Notes: generated from the sequence alone by a model not told the origin. A stretch of 64,000 nucleotides of DNA from Neoechinorhynchus agilis (GCA_051530055.1 CM121341.1:16780784-16844783), one strand, 5' to 3'. Shown: positions 24,839 through 37,696, numbered from the stretch's first letter. A program made the numbers and translations.

Positions 24839-27092
24839 ATGCAAGCATCATTCGACTCCATTTCTCACATGCATCGTCTCGTGCTCGACGGAGGCCTCAA
24901 TCCGGCTGAATTACCCGATCGATACCAGCAACTATGTTTAGAAGTCGAACGTTCATGTAAAGAAAGCCCGGACACAATTCTGGTCAACGAGACCAATGAT
25001 CGATTTGACCAAGAACGTCTCACTTGGCTTCTTGTAGAAGCAATGGGATCTTCATTTTGGACAAGATCGAATGTTTCCCCTTTGGATATCGATCTCGCTA
25101 ACGTTCTCGTTCTCATTTTTGAAAAAGAAGCAAAACCTAGGGCCTCTTTATTGGCTCAAAAATTTCAATACCTTACAATGCAAATATGTGATTGGCCTTA
25201 CACTCGTAGACAAGTTCAACGATCTCGGGAACAGAATACTAATGAAACAAACTTGTGGGTTCATCCGGATTGCGAATGTTTAATGATAGAAGACAAGGTA
25301 GTGGATGCGAGGTTATTCGAGCTCGCATTTGCATTTATACGCTCTGGTCAACGTGAAAAAGCTTTGAGTTTGTTTGAAGACGTTGCCCAGATTTGGCGTT
25401 TTGCGATCTTGGCTGGAGCCGTAGCGTCAGGAAATGATTCCTCAAGAGTTGGTGATATGTTCAGGTTAAGTGTAAGAATTCTTCAAAAGGCTCCAACTTC
25501 ATACACGAGTCCGCATGAAAGCGCCTGTATGCATGTTCTCTGTGAAAGTGGTGATCCGATCTGGAGAATGTGTCCTATGGAATGTATATGGGATTATTGG
25601 TGGGCTGGTTGTGTCCAATATTTGGCTGCTTGCAAGAATCGATCAAGGAATAGCAGTGTACCGGTTGCTCTAAATGAAATATTCGATCACGTCAAAAAGG
25701 AAAGCGAAGTGAATTTGCATAAATGGTCCTTGATCGAAAGAGTTCAAGAACTGATTTGCCTTAAAATGCAAAGTCTCATCTAATAAGCCAACCCAAGAAA
25801 CTAAATGACGTTTTCTTACGGCACGTGTCGGTCCTGATTTTGTTTTTATAAACCGTGTAGTTTTTACAGGTCTAGTTCAATTTTTTGAAGCCCCGTCTTT
25901 ATACTTCATCCCACAAGCAAATCTTGAGACTTTTGCTATAATGCCATTTCGGACTGTTTTACACTCTTGTCCAGTTACATCGCCGAAACCATTAGACCAA
26001 ACCACGAATACACGGATGCAGAACTTCATACGAGTAGATTCTTTATTCATTTAATGATCGTCCTTGACCTCTTACTCCCCGATTCTCTTGGCACAAGATG
26101 GACGGAATACGACGCATCCCTATCTGCGTACATTAAACTGCTTTTGAACCAAGCTTTGTTAAGCACTTCTTTTAACACCGAATCGACTAATCGATACTTT
26201 GATTCAATCGCAACTTACGTATCGTTCTCTAAGAGCAAAGAACACGGCATTCAAATGGTGATAAGTCAGGCATGCACTTTATTCGGGGGGGGGATTTCGT
26301 GCATGTCCCGACAAAGATGCCTTCACTACTTTACCAAACTCGTGTCTTGTTCCATTCTCAAGATCAATCCGTAATCGATGTGAGATCGCAGAGGCTGCTT
26401 TAGCCACTTATACAGACCTTCTAAAATCTCGTGTCATTTACGAGGTCATTGAGAAACCGGAAATAGGTATTCCAAACGATGTATCCGAGCGATTGATTTT
26501 GAACCTGAATATACTTGAAGGAATCGCAAATGAAATCGTCCTTTTGGACTACTCAAATGCGATTGTTCGTATGTGTTTATTAGCTAATCTACGACCCCCA
26601 TCGGAGGACGCAACTGTTGTTCTAAAGTTTCAACGACATATCACTCTGAAAGCTAATTTAAGCGAGTACGCTGAGTGTCTCCGAACTGAAAGGACCGTCG
26701 TGAAGGAGCTTCTTAACATGAGCAGGATGGTTCAGATGGTTGAACATGATGAACGTCACGTTAACATGATTGTTGGTGAGGTTTCTAAGGTCATTGCGGG
26801 TTTAGTGAGTGAGTACAAAGTGGCTGAATTCGATGATCCTAAACGAAAAACTCAGGTGGAGTTAATGAAACGACTCTTATTGAGAATGCTTATGCAGTCC
26901 TTGATAGATCTTCTTGAAAAAGAGTTCCCGATGGAATTGGTGAAGTTGGTGCTGGATGAAGTGTTCGTCAATGATCGCTTATCGGATGCAATCGATCAAA
27001 ATACGGCCGTACTCCTTTTAGATAGCGTTTCAAGGGCATCCGCTTTGCTTATGCAGAGAAAACACTGTCCTCTTATGAACACTTTGACATGA
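24839..27092 (+). CDS. NUP107: Nucleoporin Nup107/Nup84 family, multi-exon, divergent
   Basis: QERLTWLLV, HPD...D...L...F..IRSG...A.....QIWR.AILAG, RFFIHL and AYIKLL patterns across three consecutive same-strand ORFs (24839-25783, 25967-26374, 26493-27092). Start and exon borders are uncertain. Confidence 0.8.
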
Positions 27093-27660
27093 AAATAAAT
27101 GAATATTCGTGTGTGGTGCGATTTTACACGCAAAAACTATATTTAAATTGCCCATTTATACGAGGTCAATTCGTGATCAAGTACTCACAATCTATCTATA
27201 AAATCTCAAGTCCCGAACAACAATACAGCAAACAGGTTACTGATGACAATAATCAATCAAGTTTTGGCTACTCATAATTTTTAGTTTTATTCATGAATCT
27301 CGATTATTTGTCTCGCCGTTATCTCAAAATACACAACCAACTCTTATGATTGTTTTGATTGTCTTAAAAAAGGTCTAAATATATCCCCAAAAATATATGG
27401 CTTAAATTAAATTGTGATATCTTTTTTGACAATGGGCATTTTCTAAAATTCAAGGCAGAATTTGCCATTCAAATAATCGAAAAAATTGTTCCAGGGAACT
27501 TGTGAACCAAACTATTCCGATTTTCATGTTTGTATATACTGGTGGAAACTTACTAAAGTTCAACGAACGAAATTCTGATTTTTTAAAATACAATTCGTAA
27601 TTTTTGAGTACTAAGAAATTGATTCGTAGAATGGACACCATTTTAAATCAGACTAAACAT

Positions 27661-27875
27661 ATTTTATTGATTAAGTGTTTTAGCTAATCTCCTAATCGGC
27701 TTTTCTTTTAAGCACACAGCTAACGTTATCTTGGATCAGGGAAGTGATTGAATTACTTAGCGTACGGTTAAAAGTCTAGGTGATTCAATCACTTCTCTGA
27801 TCCAAGATATCGATTGGATGTGTGCTTAAAGGAAAAGCCGAGTAAGAGATTAAATAAAACACTTAATTAAAAATA
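27661..27875. repeat. Foldback palindrome, ~93-bp arms, ~30-bp loop
   Basis: 27661-27753 is the reverse complement of 27783-27875 with few mismatches; one arm recurs within each 378-bp array unit. Confidence 0.85.
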
Positions 27876-28364
27876 ATCGGCTTGCCATAAAATATTAGGA
27901 ATATTTTATTGAAATATTTCATGAGGAAGCCTCCTGTATTATGATAACCACAACTGCAACTCTATCACCCGAAGGATTTTTTCTTCTTGATTTTAAATTA
28001 TAATTATTTCCGCCCCATATTCCAATCTCTTCTTTGGAATCTTATAGCTTGCACTGTTTGCAATTTCTTAAATTTTGCTTTCTCGTATTGCAAAGAGAAA
28101 CCTAAAAGTGTCTAGAATTTTGTATCAAAAATGCCTGAATTTGCACCACGGTGCCATTTCGACTGAAGAACCTATTACAATTTATACTTTCCCTCCTTTC
28201 CAAGTGTTTCGTGCGAACAGCTATAAAAATTTGCATTAATGATAAAAGTATGTTTCTCGTTGCTCTATGAGCATATTAAAGGAAATTTAAAGACTTTGAA
28301 TTTGATTTATAACTAATCTCAAACTAGGAAAAGAAGTTTTTTTCGTTTATTTAACAATTCCCAA

Positions 28365-28535
28365 TCAACAATTGTTCATCCACGAATAACACCTCACACG
28401 TGGTATTGATTTGATTACACTGCTCCGTTTTCTAAGTCGCAGATCATTAACACTGTTTCCCATGTTCCACTTAACAGGATTTGCAATGGTCAACGTTGCA
28501 ATCATTATGAGAACCACCAATGTGTAAATTTGCAT
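28365..28535 (-). CDS. Putative 56-aa secreted prepropeptide
   Basis: MQIYTLVVLIMIATLTIA (hydrophobic signal-like) NPVKWNMGNSVNDL RLRKR (polybasic site) SSVIKSIPRVRCYSWMNNC* (C-x6-C). Below the ORF-track cutoff. Confidence 0.5.
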   Translation of the reverse strand: MQIYTLVVLIMIATLTIANPVKWNMGNSVNDLRLRKRSSVIKSIPRVRCYSWMNNC

Positions 28536-29259
28536 TTGTATAATAAAAAAGAAAACTAGTTTGTCGCCTTTTTATCTTTTCAGAAATGTGAAACAAAGTT
28601 GCCTTGCCTACCAGAGCGAATAAGATAAAAAATTAAGGATTAACACGTTGTTGGGTTACTTAATTTCTTAAATATTGGATTGTGTATTCGTTTTTCGTTG
28701 TTGTTGTCAATTTCATACTTTAGCACTCATCTCAATTCATCACGAGATCACAATTCAATGTAGAAGGTAGAGCTTGTCCGTTAATCAACGGGAAAACAAA
28801 CTCAACAATTAAGACGAATAATTCGCCACTTTTCATCGGCGCAGGAACCATCAGTGCCTTTAAACAGGAACTCTCAAGTCGTTTCCTTTTCAAAAGAGCA
28901 AAACAATCCTAATCCCAATTCATTCCATCCTCTCCAAACCTCCCCCCCTCATTTTTCTATACTATCAACCGAAATGAAAAGAAGGAAGGACCCAACTTCA
29001 CAAGAATAACCACAAATTCTCACCCAACCGAACCCGTGATCCACCCCATAATCAACAATCGCATTCATTTAACCTATCAGAAATCGAGTGTTTATAAGGA
29101 ACCAAAGGTACATTGGACCTATTCTTTTTCGATCTTTCTCCTCTTTCTCTTAACGGATTTGGTAGATTCATATTCCGCATTTCATCAGTACAAGCGAATA
29201 TGAGCGGAACATTCATTTTCGCTGAAAACGATAAAAATGTACTCAAGCACGATGCATGT

Positions 29260-30112
29260 GAAATTGAAAAATAGTTTTATACATTCCTAGGTATCCAAAA
29301 GCTTTGTTCAAACCAGAGGCGTTTCTAAGTATTTCAGAACAGTGCAATTTAAGTGTGTTAATTAAAATGAAATTCTAGCAACAAATCGTGTTCCATGTTG
29401 GTGATTTTCAAATTGCTTAATTTTTGATTTAAAGCGGTTAAGCTGGTCGCCAACAAAAATTAAAAAAAAGATTAGCAGATTGTTTGGTTTTCTTGAAGAC
29501 TACTGATTGTAGCCAAAACCCATATAAAGTAGCATTATAGTTTCCTGATTTCATCACAACTTTCAAGGCGAAGTGTTTATTGACGAGATCATCAATTTAA
29601 CAGAGGCAAAAATATTTTGATCTATGATCAAAAAAAGGCCCATTTTAAAGTAAACAGCTTTTTAACTTTCGAACAGCTCATTTATTGAATTTTATACCAA
29701 ATAAACTCACAAACGATGAGGAACAACCCGTCCTTCAGAACATTCAGATGTGCAAGAGTGTTTAAATCTGATGAGGGTCAACGTGTGTATTTTTAAATTG
29801 CTAAAAAACGCCGATCTTCGGTGAGTACTCCTAATCAATGGCCTGCAATTTTAAATCTATCTGCATATTCTGAGGCGAACTGCTTCAAAATTTTAACTAC
29901 GAGTGATAAGTGTACTTGAACTCAAAAATACAATATTTTTCACTTGGATTAGGTATCAATGTTTTCATGATACATCCAGGAGTATATAAGCTGCTTCAAT
30001 GAACAATCTTAATCGATTAAACAACTTCACGAATTCGGCAGCGACAATAAATCCACATGAACAGGTGGCTAATGAGATTGTAAGGATACCTGGGAGAAGA
30101 CAAAATCTTTGA
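29260..30112 (+). pseudogene. FoxO locus copy 2: upstream module plus truncated exon 1
   Basis: MNNLNRLNNFTNSAATINPHEQVANEIVRIPGRRQNL* from 29999, ending just before the forkhead domain; ~75-bp deletion just upstream of the ATG. Confidence 0.85.
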
Positions 30113-30584
30113 ACCGAGGTTCGAGAAAACGGAACAACTATGTCCGGAACCCCTTGCTTCCTGCAGACCGATGTCATAAAACCATTATTAGAACCTTTTG
30201 TTACAAGATCGCACTTATGTTTGACCAATAAGCAATTTTATTTAATTTCAAAGAATCATGACTGATTAAATCATGGTCGGTTGGTCGCCCTGACCACATT
30301 AATCAATTAAAACACATTTGACGAAACTAAGATTTTTGCCGGTGATGCCAAAATACCATATTCCTTAACGGAAGCCTTTTTCCTTTAAAAATCATCGGGC
30401 TTTTTTTTCATGATCGACGGTGCCCTTATTTCCCACTCTTTACGTTTTGTGTTCAAGGTATTTTGTAAACATTTTCAATTGTAAATTTGAAATGCAAAAT
30501 TCACGATATTAAGTAATTTGCAATGAATCTTCAAGTTTTTTGTGATTTAAATTTACTAAAATTTACAAGTTCCGCGGTTTTCAT

Positions 30585-32520
30585 GTCGCTAGCAGCATTC
30601 CCTCGTTGTACTGCGAGGGAGATGTTCTGTTTAAGGAATGCTGTCGCACGCGGGTCCCTTTTCATCACCATCGACCTCCTTGTTATATCGGATACAAGCT
30701 GAAGTGCGGATTCTCCGAGGGCCCCTAACGTTTCGTTCCCGAAAGGCACTAAATGGAATCTCTCCATCAGCTCTGCGTATTTTGCCGCTTTCCGACGCTC
30801 CGCTGCGGTCGCTACAGCGCTGGGGCCTTTGCTGGCTATATCAGCGAAGTACTTGGCCATGCTGTCGGTGCAGGTTGCATCCTATAAGAGGCACTTCCCT
30901 CGGCTCCAAGAGAAGACTGACAAACCACTTGGTCTCTTATCATCAGACCTGCACAGATTACTCGGCTCCAAGATGTTTGGAATGTTGATGTGGGTCAGGG
31001 CTCCACTCAGGATCGCGTTGATTTCGGTATGTTTATGCGACCACCCGGCTGACCGAATGCAAATGATGGAGCATTTAATCCTTTGGCGTCTACTTGCGAG
31101 CCGCAGCGACATTCGTGTTGGAAGCAGATGGGAGCACCCAATCTCAAAGAGAAAGCTACCCGGAATGTTTCATTGTCCAAAAGAGTCCCCAACTTTTCGG
31201 CCGGGATAGCTACCAGCCAGGCGCCGGACCCTTGCATCGAGCAAGCCATGAGTCGCGCACGTGACCTATCTGCCAGTTTGTGTAGAAGTGATATGTGAAC
31301 ACTGCTTTTGGCACTTCTGGGGTGTTGTGGCTTGTCCTACTTTAGAGGTCCATAAGGAGAGAGCATTATTAAAATGCTCTTCGTTGGACTCCGGATAGAT
31401 CTTAAGGGAGTTCTCTCGACTAGCCGAAATCGAAGAAAGAAGAGGCCGGCAATGCGACGTCCTCCATGAGTCTGGATCCTGAACCTCCGTAGTTGGAGGT
31501 CAACGTCACTTGTTTCCACGAGGAATGGTTGAAATCGATATTGACGATTTGGCTGAGCTTATTCCGAAGAAGATCATCCCGACTCGAAAGATCATCATTG
31601 CACGTGAAGGCGGGTGCAGATCTCAGTCTGCAAAAACTATGGGATGTAGAGGCCGTTTTTAATAAAAAAACGGCTTCGTGAGACTTTAGCTCTGAACGTC
31701 TCTCACACAGCAAACTCAGGGTGGCAAAGATATTTGTTACGTCCTTCGGAACATTCTCCCTGAAAACGCATGAACCCAGGATACTTAAGTCGCAAATATT
31801 GATTCGTTTGATGCCCGGAGCGACACTTTTGAATTGCTTGTGTACCTGCGAGCTTTCTGTTTCGTCCATGTTCAGGAGCAACAATTCACAATTTGAGCTG
31901 TTCAACTCGAAGCCTATCTTGAAGCTGATCTCGATGATACGGTAAAGATCACCCTGAACAGAGAGAGGGCCGCCTCCCAGGGTGCCGTCGTCCAGGTACC
32001 ACGTGTTGAAGTTCGATTTCGGTGAAATGGAGAAGCCTATCGGGCCGAAGGAGTCACCCTGTTGCACTTCCCGTTGGGACCAGATAATGTTTCGATTATA
32101 AATCAGGGGTGAAGGGGCGCCGTAGGCTGTGAAGAAATATTGTAGTCTACGGGATGTGCATTTTAACCTCGTCAAGTAGGACATTCCGTTCCAGAGAACA
32201 GAAAGCATTCTTGAAGTCCGCCTTCAAGACTATGCATCGATCCGTCGACGTTTCAACGAAGTTCCTTAAGGCGTGAACGATTGCTTCGGCTACACAAGGA
32301 GAGCAACAGCCGAGTTGCGCTGGGAGCAGCAGGCAGCCAACAGTCGAAGAAACCCTTTTCGAAACGATTTTGGCCACTAAACGCCTGAGTGTATTGCCAA
32401 CAGCGATGGGACGGGTGCCACGGTTGGCAGAGAATAGAAGCTCAGTAGGAAACGATCCTAGATTGTGGTTAAGCAAGCGATCGAACAACTTTCGCAAGGC
32501 AAGTTTGACTGAGATGCCAC
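30585..32520 (-). mobile_element. CRE-clade non-LTR retrotransposon, degenerate (RT, CCHC, RLE)
   Basis: RPIAVGNTLRRL, KADFKNAF, VQQGD, WYLDDGTLGG, LRLG..C.HECRCG, KRPSG, VPFGNETLG and ISLAVQRGNA across frameshifts. Confidence 0.93.
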
Positions 32521-32734
32521 TCCCAGCTGAAGTGAAGGATACCATATCTATTTTCAAGTTTGTTTTCCTTTCATATTCAATTAAGAGAAAAAGTATGCAA
32601 TGACAATGTTTTAACAAATATAGGTCTATAAAGGTGAATGCAGCAAGAAACTTATTTAAGCAGTGGAAACCAACGGTCTTAAGGTAAACAGGTTGAAGAC
32701 GATATGCATGGAACCGGAAGCGTTGAAGTTAGGT

Positions 32735-33230
32735 GTGGATTTGACGATGAGAAGAACAGTGAAATATCTTGGCAGCGAAGTAAATAGGACAAATTACCTC
32801 GAACCCGAAATAACTGCTCCTATACAAAGCGAGTAGCTCAACTGGAGGAAGATGTCTAGTGTATTATGCGACAAAAGGATCTTACCGAAACTGAAAGGCG
32901 GCTGTTCGAGACGGTGGTGCGACCAGCCATGTCATATGGCGCCGAAATTTGGACGAGCGAGCAAAGCGACCTCAGAAGATTAGAAACGAACGAGATGAGG
33001 AGGGAGCTGTTCGGCACTTGCCGCTGTTCAGAGTTGATCGTCCAAAGAAGGTTATGCCGGCACGATAAAGTTTCGAAGTGCGAAGCATATCACATACTGC
33101 GCAGCACGGAGAGACTGGAAATCGCTGACGAGGAAGGACGAGGAAACGATGGGTGGGTTGCATTAAACAGGATAAATGGCTTGTCGATGGAACCACAACT
33201 TCTCGAAAGAGAGAAAAAATACGTGAGTGA
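32735..33230 (+). mobile_element. RTE-clade LINE fragment (post-RT C-terminus)
   Basis: KYLGSEV...W.KMSSVLCDK.I...LFETVVRPAMSYGAEIW...LETNEMR. Confidence 0.8.
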
Positions 33231-33369
33231 AAAAGAGAAGAACGTGATCAATTTTGATAACACGGCGTTAACAGTTCGAATACACCGATGGATTTATGTT
33301 TGCCAATAATCAACGTGAAAGTTAATTAGTTGTACACAATCGTAGGAACCAGCAGGCTTCATTGTCAAT

Positions 33370-35349
33370 CTATTGCGTACGATTATTTTGATTTCTGCTT
33401 TTAATTATTCCATCCAAGAGTCTCAGGATATCCGTATTCTTTACAAATATACTCGGATTTTCATGCTGCTGGTCAATAAATGAAGAATTTTCGCTCTGCT
33501 GTGTCAACCAGTCGTTATTTAAGGAATCCCGGAATCCATCACGATTATCGGCCTCAAACGAATTCCCTTCTTGTGCTTCTGCTGCACTATCGCCCTCTGA
33601 AATCGCATTCAACTGAATTTGTCGGATATACTCGTCATATTCGGTCGGCTCATTCCACCACTCATAAATCTCAGCTTGAGCGTTGACGAACATACCTTCA
33701 CCTTCCATAGGGTTACTTTTTATTGTCCTGGAACTTTGCTTGGCTGGGGGCGACAACAAATCTTCTTGAATTCCAGCATCTAACGCCCTTTTATGCGAAT
33801 GCGAGACTTCCTCTTTCAAAGGTGGTTCTTTTGAATTTCTATTACGCAATTGTGCGCTAGCAGCAGTTTGATCGTAGAAACTAATTGAGCCCTGTTCGTT
33901 AATATTTTCGAGCATTTGCCCAGCGTGAACCATTCGCGAGTCGTTTTTTTTTGTCACATGATTTTCTCCCGAACTCCTTGGTAGAATACTCAGCCCCTGG
34001 TTCTTTTAGTTCGCTAATGGCGCCCTCGGATGGTTCCATTTTCTGTTTCTTCGCATCGGCAATTATTTGATCAATGAAAGCTCCAACTTCATCTGGATTA
34101 GAACTAGTGTTTGGCGTTGTATTCATCTTTCGAATAGTGCATTGGATTCTAGAAAATGGATTCGTACGGACTATCCCAGAAACCTGATGTCCGGTTGGAA
34201 CACTTTCTCCGAGTATCATTTGATTTGAGTTTGTTTGTCCAATTGTTTCGTTATTAATATTTACAAATCCTTCTTGGCTCGAGCTGTTAACATGACCTTG
34301 AAAAGTATTTCCGACTGGATTCAATACCGTAGCCGTGGATTGGTTTGCAGAATTTGGATCCGCCGGCATAGTCATAGGACCTTGCAATCCCATTGGACCA
34401 CTTGCTCCGATACCCATTTGTTGTAGGCCGAAATTTGTAATATAATTTCCATTGTATGTGTGTACCGTTGGAGTATTCAGATTTGCTTGAAGGTAAGTAT
34501 TATTTATTCCAATTCCATTATTCATTTGTTGATTTGTGCCATCATAACCCCATTGTGTGTTCATGGTATTTTGAGTTATAATATTGTTTTGGTGCTGGAA
34601 TTCAAATTGTTGTCCAAGAGCATTTGGTTGAAAATTTCCGTTATATATTTGTGCTGGCTGATACCACGGATTATAGTTCATGGCAAATGTATTAGGTGGG
34701 ATATTATTATAAGTTTGAGATCTGAATTGTGGCAGCTGATTGTATCCATTGGGTGGATACAAATTTGGAGCTAATTGCTCCTGGGTACCATGGCTTTCGG
34801 TCGTAAACGGTTTGGGGAAGTCTCCGGTTCTTGTCCGTGTAGGTCGCCGTCCTCTTCCCGGTCTACGTCCGTCACGCGCTCCATTAATATTTTCCTGTCC
34901 AACCCGAGGTCGCTTTGCTGGACGTTCCTTTATGTTGTTTGGATTGTACGTCCAATAGGATGCTCTGCAACCTGTGGCGCTTACCACCCTTACAAATTGA
35001 TCATGGTGTGATAAATTGTGTCTTATCGAGTTCTAAAATTGAGATATTATTGAAGTTTTAAAAAATGAATCATGGCGATGCTCACCTTCATTTGATCGAT
35101 ATCTCTTTTGACGGTCATTGATGCGAAATATTCAACATTACTAATCATCCAATTGTAGATTTCTTGTAGCGTTAGTCGCTGCTCTGCTGAGGTTGTAATC
35201 GCCAGCTGAATAAGTTCAGCATAAGTGGCGAATCCCCAAGGATTTTGTCGTCTCCCAGGTTTCCTTACAGTCTCAGTGGCCGCCTGTTCATGTGGATTTA
35301 TTGTCGCTGAGGCATTCTCGTAATTGTTTAATCGATTTAGATTGTTCAT
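33370..35349 (-). CDS. foxo: FoxO-type forkhead gene, copy 3 (most complete): exon 1 35349-35086, intron 53 nt, exon 2 from 35032, with a +1 frameshift in an A9 run at 33944-33952
   Basis: Complete forkhead domain after splicing, followed by a Q/N-rich region. The downstream 33957-33370 frame is fused in-frame to the forkhead region in copy 4. About 641 aa if the run is A8. Confidence 0.88.
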
Positions 35350-36250
35350 TGAAGTTGTTTGATCCTTGAAATTTGACGTTGTTACAAAGTTTAAGAATCA
35401 ACGTGAATAGACGATCTTCAAGTGTTAAGCGCAGCTTATATACTCCTGGATGTTTCTTGAAAACATTGACACCTAATCCAAGTGAAAAATATTGTATTTT
35501 TGAGTTCAAGTACACTTATAATTCGTAGTTAGAATTTTGAAACAGTTCGCCTCAGAATAAGCAGATAAATTTAAAATTACCAGACATTAATTGGTACTCA
35601 CCGAAGATCGGCGTTTTTTAGCAATTAATAAATACACACGTTGATCCTCATCAGATTTAAACACTTACACGTCTGAATGTTCTGAAGGACGGGTTGTTCC
35701 TCATCGTTTGTGAGTTTATTTGGTATAAAATTCAATAAATGAGCTGTTCGAAAGTTAAAAAGCTGTTTACTTTAAAATGGGCCTTTTTTTGATCACAGAT
35801 CAAAACATTTTTGCCTCTGTCAAATTGATGATCTCGTCAATAAACACTCTGCCTTGAAAGTTGTGATGAAATCAGAAGGAAACTATAATGCTACTTTATA
35901 TGGGTTTTGGCTACAATCAGTAGTCTTCAAGAAAACCAAACAATCTGCTAATCATTTTTTTAATTTTTGTTGGCGACCAGCTTAACCGCTTTAAATCAAA
36001 AATTAAGCAATTTGAAAATCACCAACATGGAACACGGTTTGTTGCTGGAATTTCACTTTGATTAACATACTTAAATTGCACTGTTCTGAAATACTTAGAA
36101 ACGCCTCTGGTTTGAATAAAGCTTTTGGATACCTAGGAATGTATAAAACTATTTTTCAATTTCACATATTTCGCTTTATTAACTTATAAAGTTCACTTCC
36201 AGATAGACATTTGAAACATAAAGCATTATCGCATCAATTCGAAAAATCTT
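35350..36250 (-). repeat. FoxO upstream module, copy 3
   Basis: Direct near-identity to 729-1620. Confidence 0.9.
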
Positions 36251-36289
36251 GGGCAATGCAACTTGATTTTCCAGCCGCATGATCGATCA

Positions 36290-36540
36290 GGTTTTTTATA
36301 TTTTTGAGCATTGGACGTCTTACCGTCGTCCCGCCTGTTGAGCAGTACTGTAGCTTTGCCTAGCTGATGTCCAGAACTCGCCCGCGCATTGTCCGCGAAA
36401 ACGCTCGTTGCGCGGACAATCGGGACATTATTTCTCGATCGTCGCAGCATTTTTCGAACGTCGCTAGTGAATTTTCACTGATATATGGAACCTTGAAAAT
36501 CGGTTTTCCTCCATATCGATTCCGTGAAACATCGTCTTTC
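36290..36540 (-). mobile_element. Penelope-like fragment (inverted copy of ~39990-40310)
   Basis: Reverse-complement match, with a small internal deletion. Confidence 0.75.
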
Positions 36541-36790
36541 CTATTCTTTTACTCCAGAAGTGGGCCGTAAGATCAACGCCAAAAGTTCTGCTGCATTTTC
36601 TTGGGCATTATATCAAGGCTACCCTTCGTATTATACGTTTTAACCCACTGGACCAACAAAACGTTCAGTTGGGTCAATTCTGCACAAAATCGATGTTGTG
36701 TAACCGTCTGCGTTATCAAATATAATTCGGTGGCGAATTCATTATCGACGATACGGTCCCTGAACTTCGGGAACGGCGATCCATTGAACC
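36540..36790 (-). repeat. Inner left arm of the large inverted duplication
   Basis: Reverse complement of ~38490-38740, moderately diverged. Confidence 0.9.
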
Positions 36791-37650
36791 CGAGCAATAC
36801 TCAAATGTTGAGTAGCAAAAACAACGATAACATTGAACATATTGAATTCCTTGATATCAGCATGTCGCCTTAAACACTTTTTGTCATTTAGGGCGGTGCA
36901 ATGTTCACAACAATCGCCGCTGATGCTATGTTTAAGAGAGCGGTGTTAAGGGACCGACCAGTTATCCTTGATATCTCCCCAAGTCCTAGCAATGATCATG
37001 AAAATAATGCGCAGCAACCAACATATAATTGAAAATATTGAGCCCATAAACGTCCAAACTCAGATCAGGATGTTGTCTTATGTTTTAGCATTGAACCAGC
37101 ACTAAACGCCTCAATGTTAGGAGCAATGACTTTGGCCGGGCAGATGTCACCACTGGCGATAAACGTCTTCATAAGGCTTTCCGGTTATCCAATAAATAGT
37201 CAGACTATCCATTGACGGCGTCCATTAGGTCTTTAGAGGAGAGATAAAATAAAATAATTTGTATCGGGCACGTGAGAACCGTGGGTGAGAGATTTAATGC
37301 GTGCTAAATCACTGATCTCAAGTTGCACTAGCAGTTAAAAGCAACAAAAAGTATTGACCATGCACGCAATCCACATACCTGATTCTGTATTGTAAATCGT
37401 TTAATAGGCGGGTTAGTCTCAAGAAATAGATTATCAGACGTCTTCATTTTCTCACGTGAAGACAGTGCTAGAATCTAAGTTTTATAGTTCTGCTTAACCT
37501 GGCAATTATGATCGAATCAATATTTCCTTAATTTCGCTCAATACCCAGTCTAGCATGTGCTTTATACCAATCTCGGATTCTGTAAAGACGTAATTCGTGG
37601 ATATATTTTTTGTTTGGTGATGAGAAGCAGAGTTCAATTTATTGATTCAC

Positions 37651-37696
37651 TTTCACAATATTTCGTCCTTCTCGTCGGACTTCTTCAGGTCTAAAG
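37651..37696 (-). ncRNA. Minimal hammerhead ribozyme motif (orphan)
   Basis: TTTAGAC-CTGAAGA-A-GTCC-GACGAGAA-GGAC-GAAA-TA-T-T-GTGAAAG; decayed relatives at ~20355-20390 and ~24485-24515. Confidence 0.72.

Noticed and set aside
29052-29246. Another PLE remnant (VPY...ISDRL)
   Set aside because: Single weak motif without supporting RT or GIY-YIG residues.
35288-35515. 75-aa ORF overlapping FoxO exon 1, present in three copies
   Set aside because: Conservation is explained by the recent duplication; no protein features.
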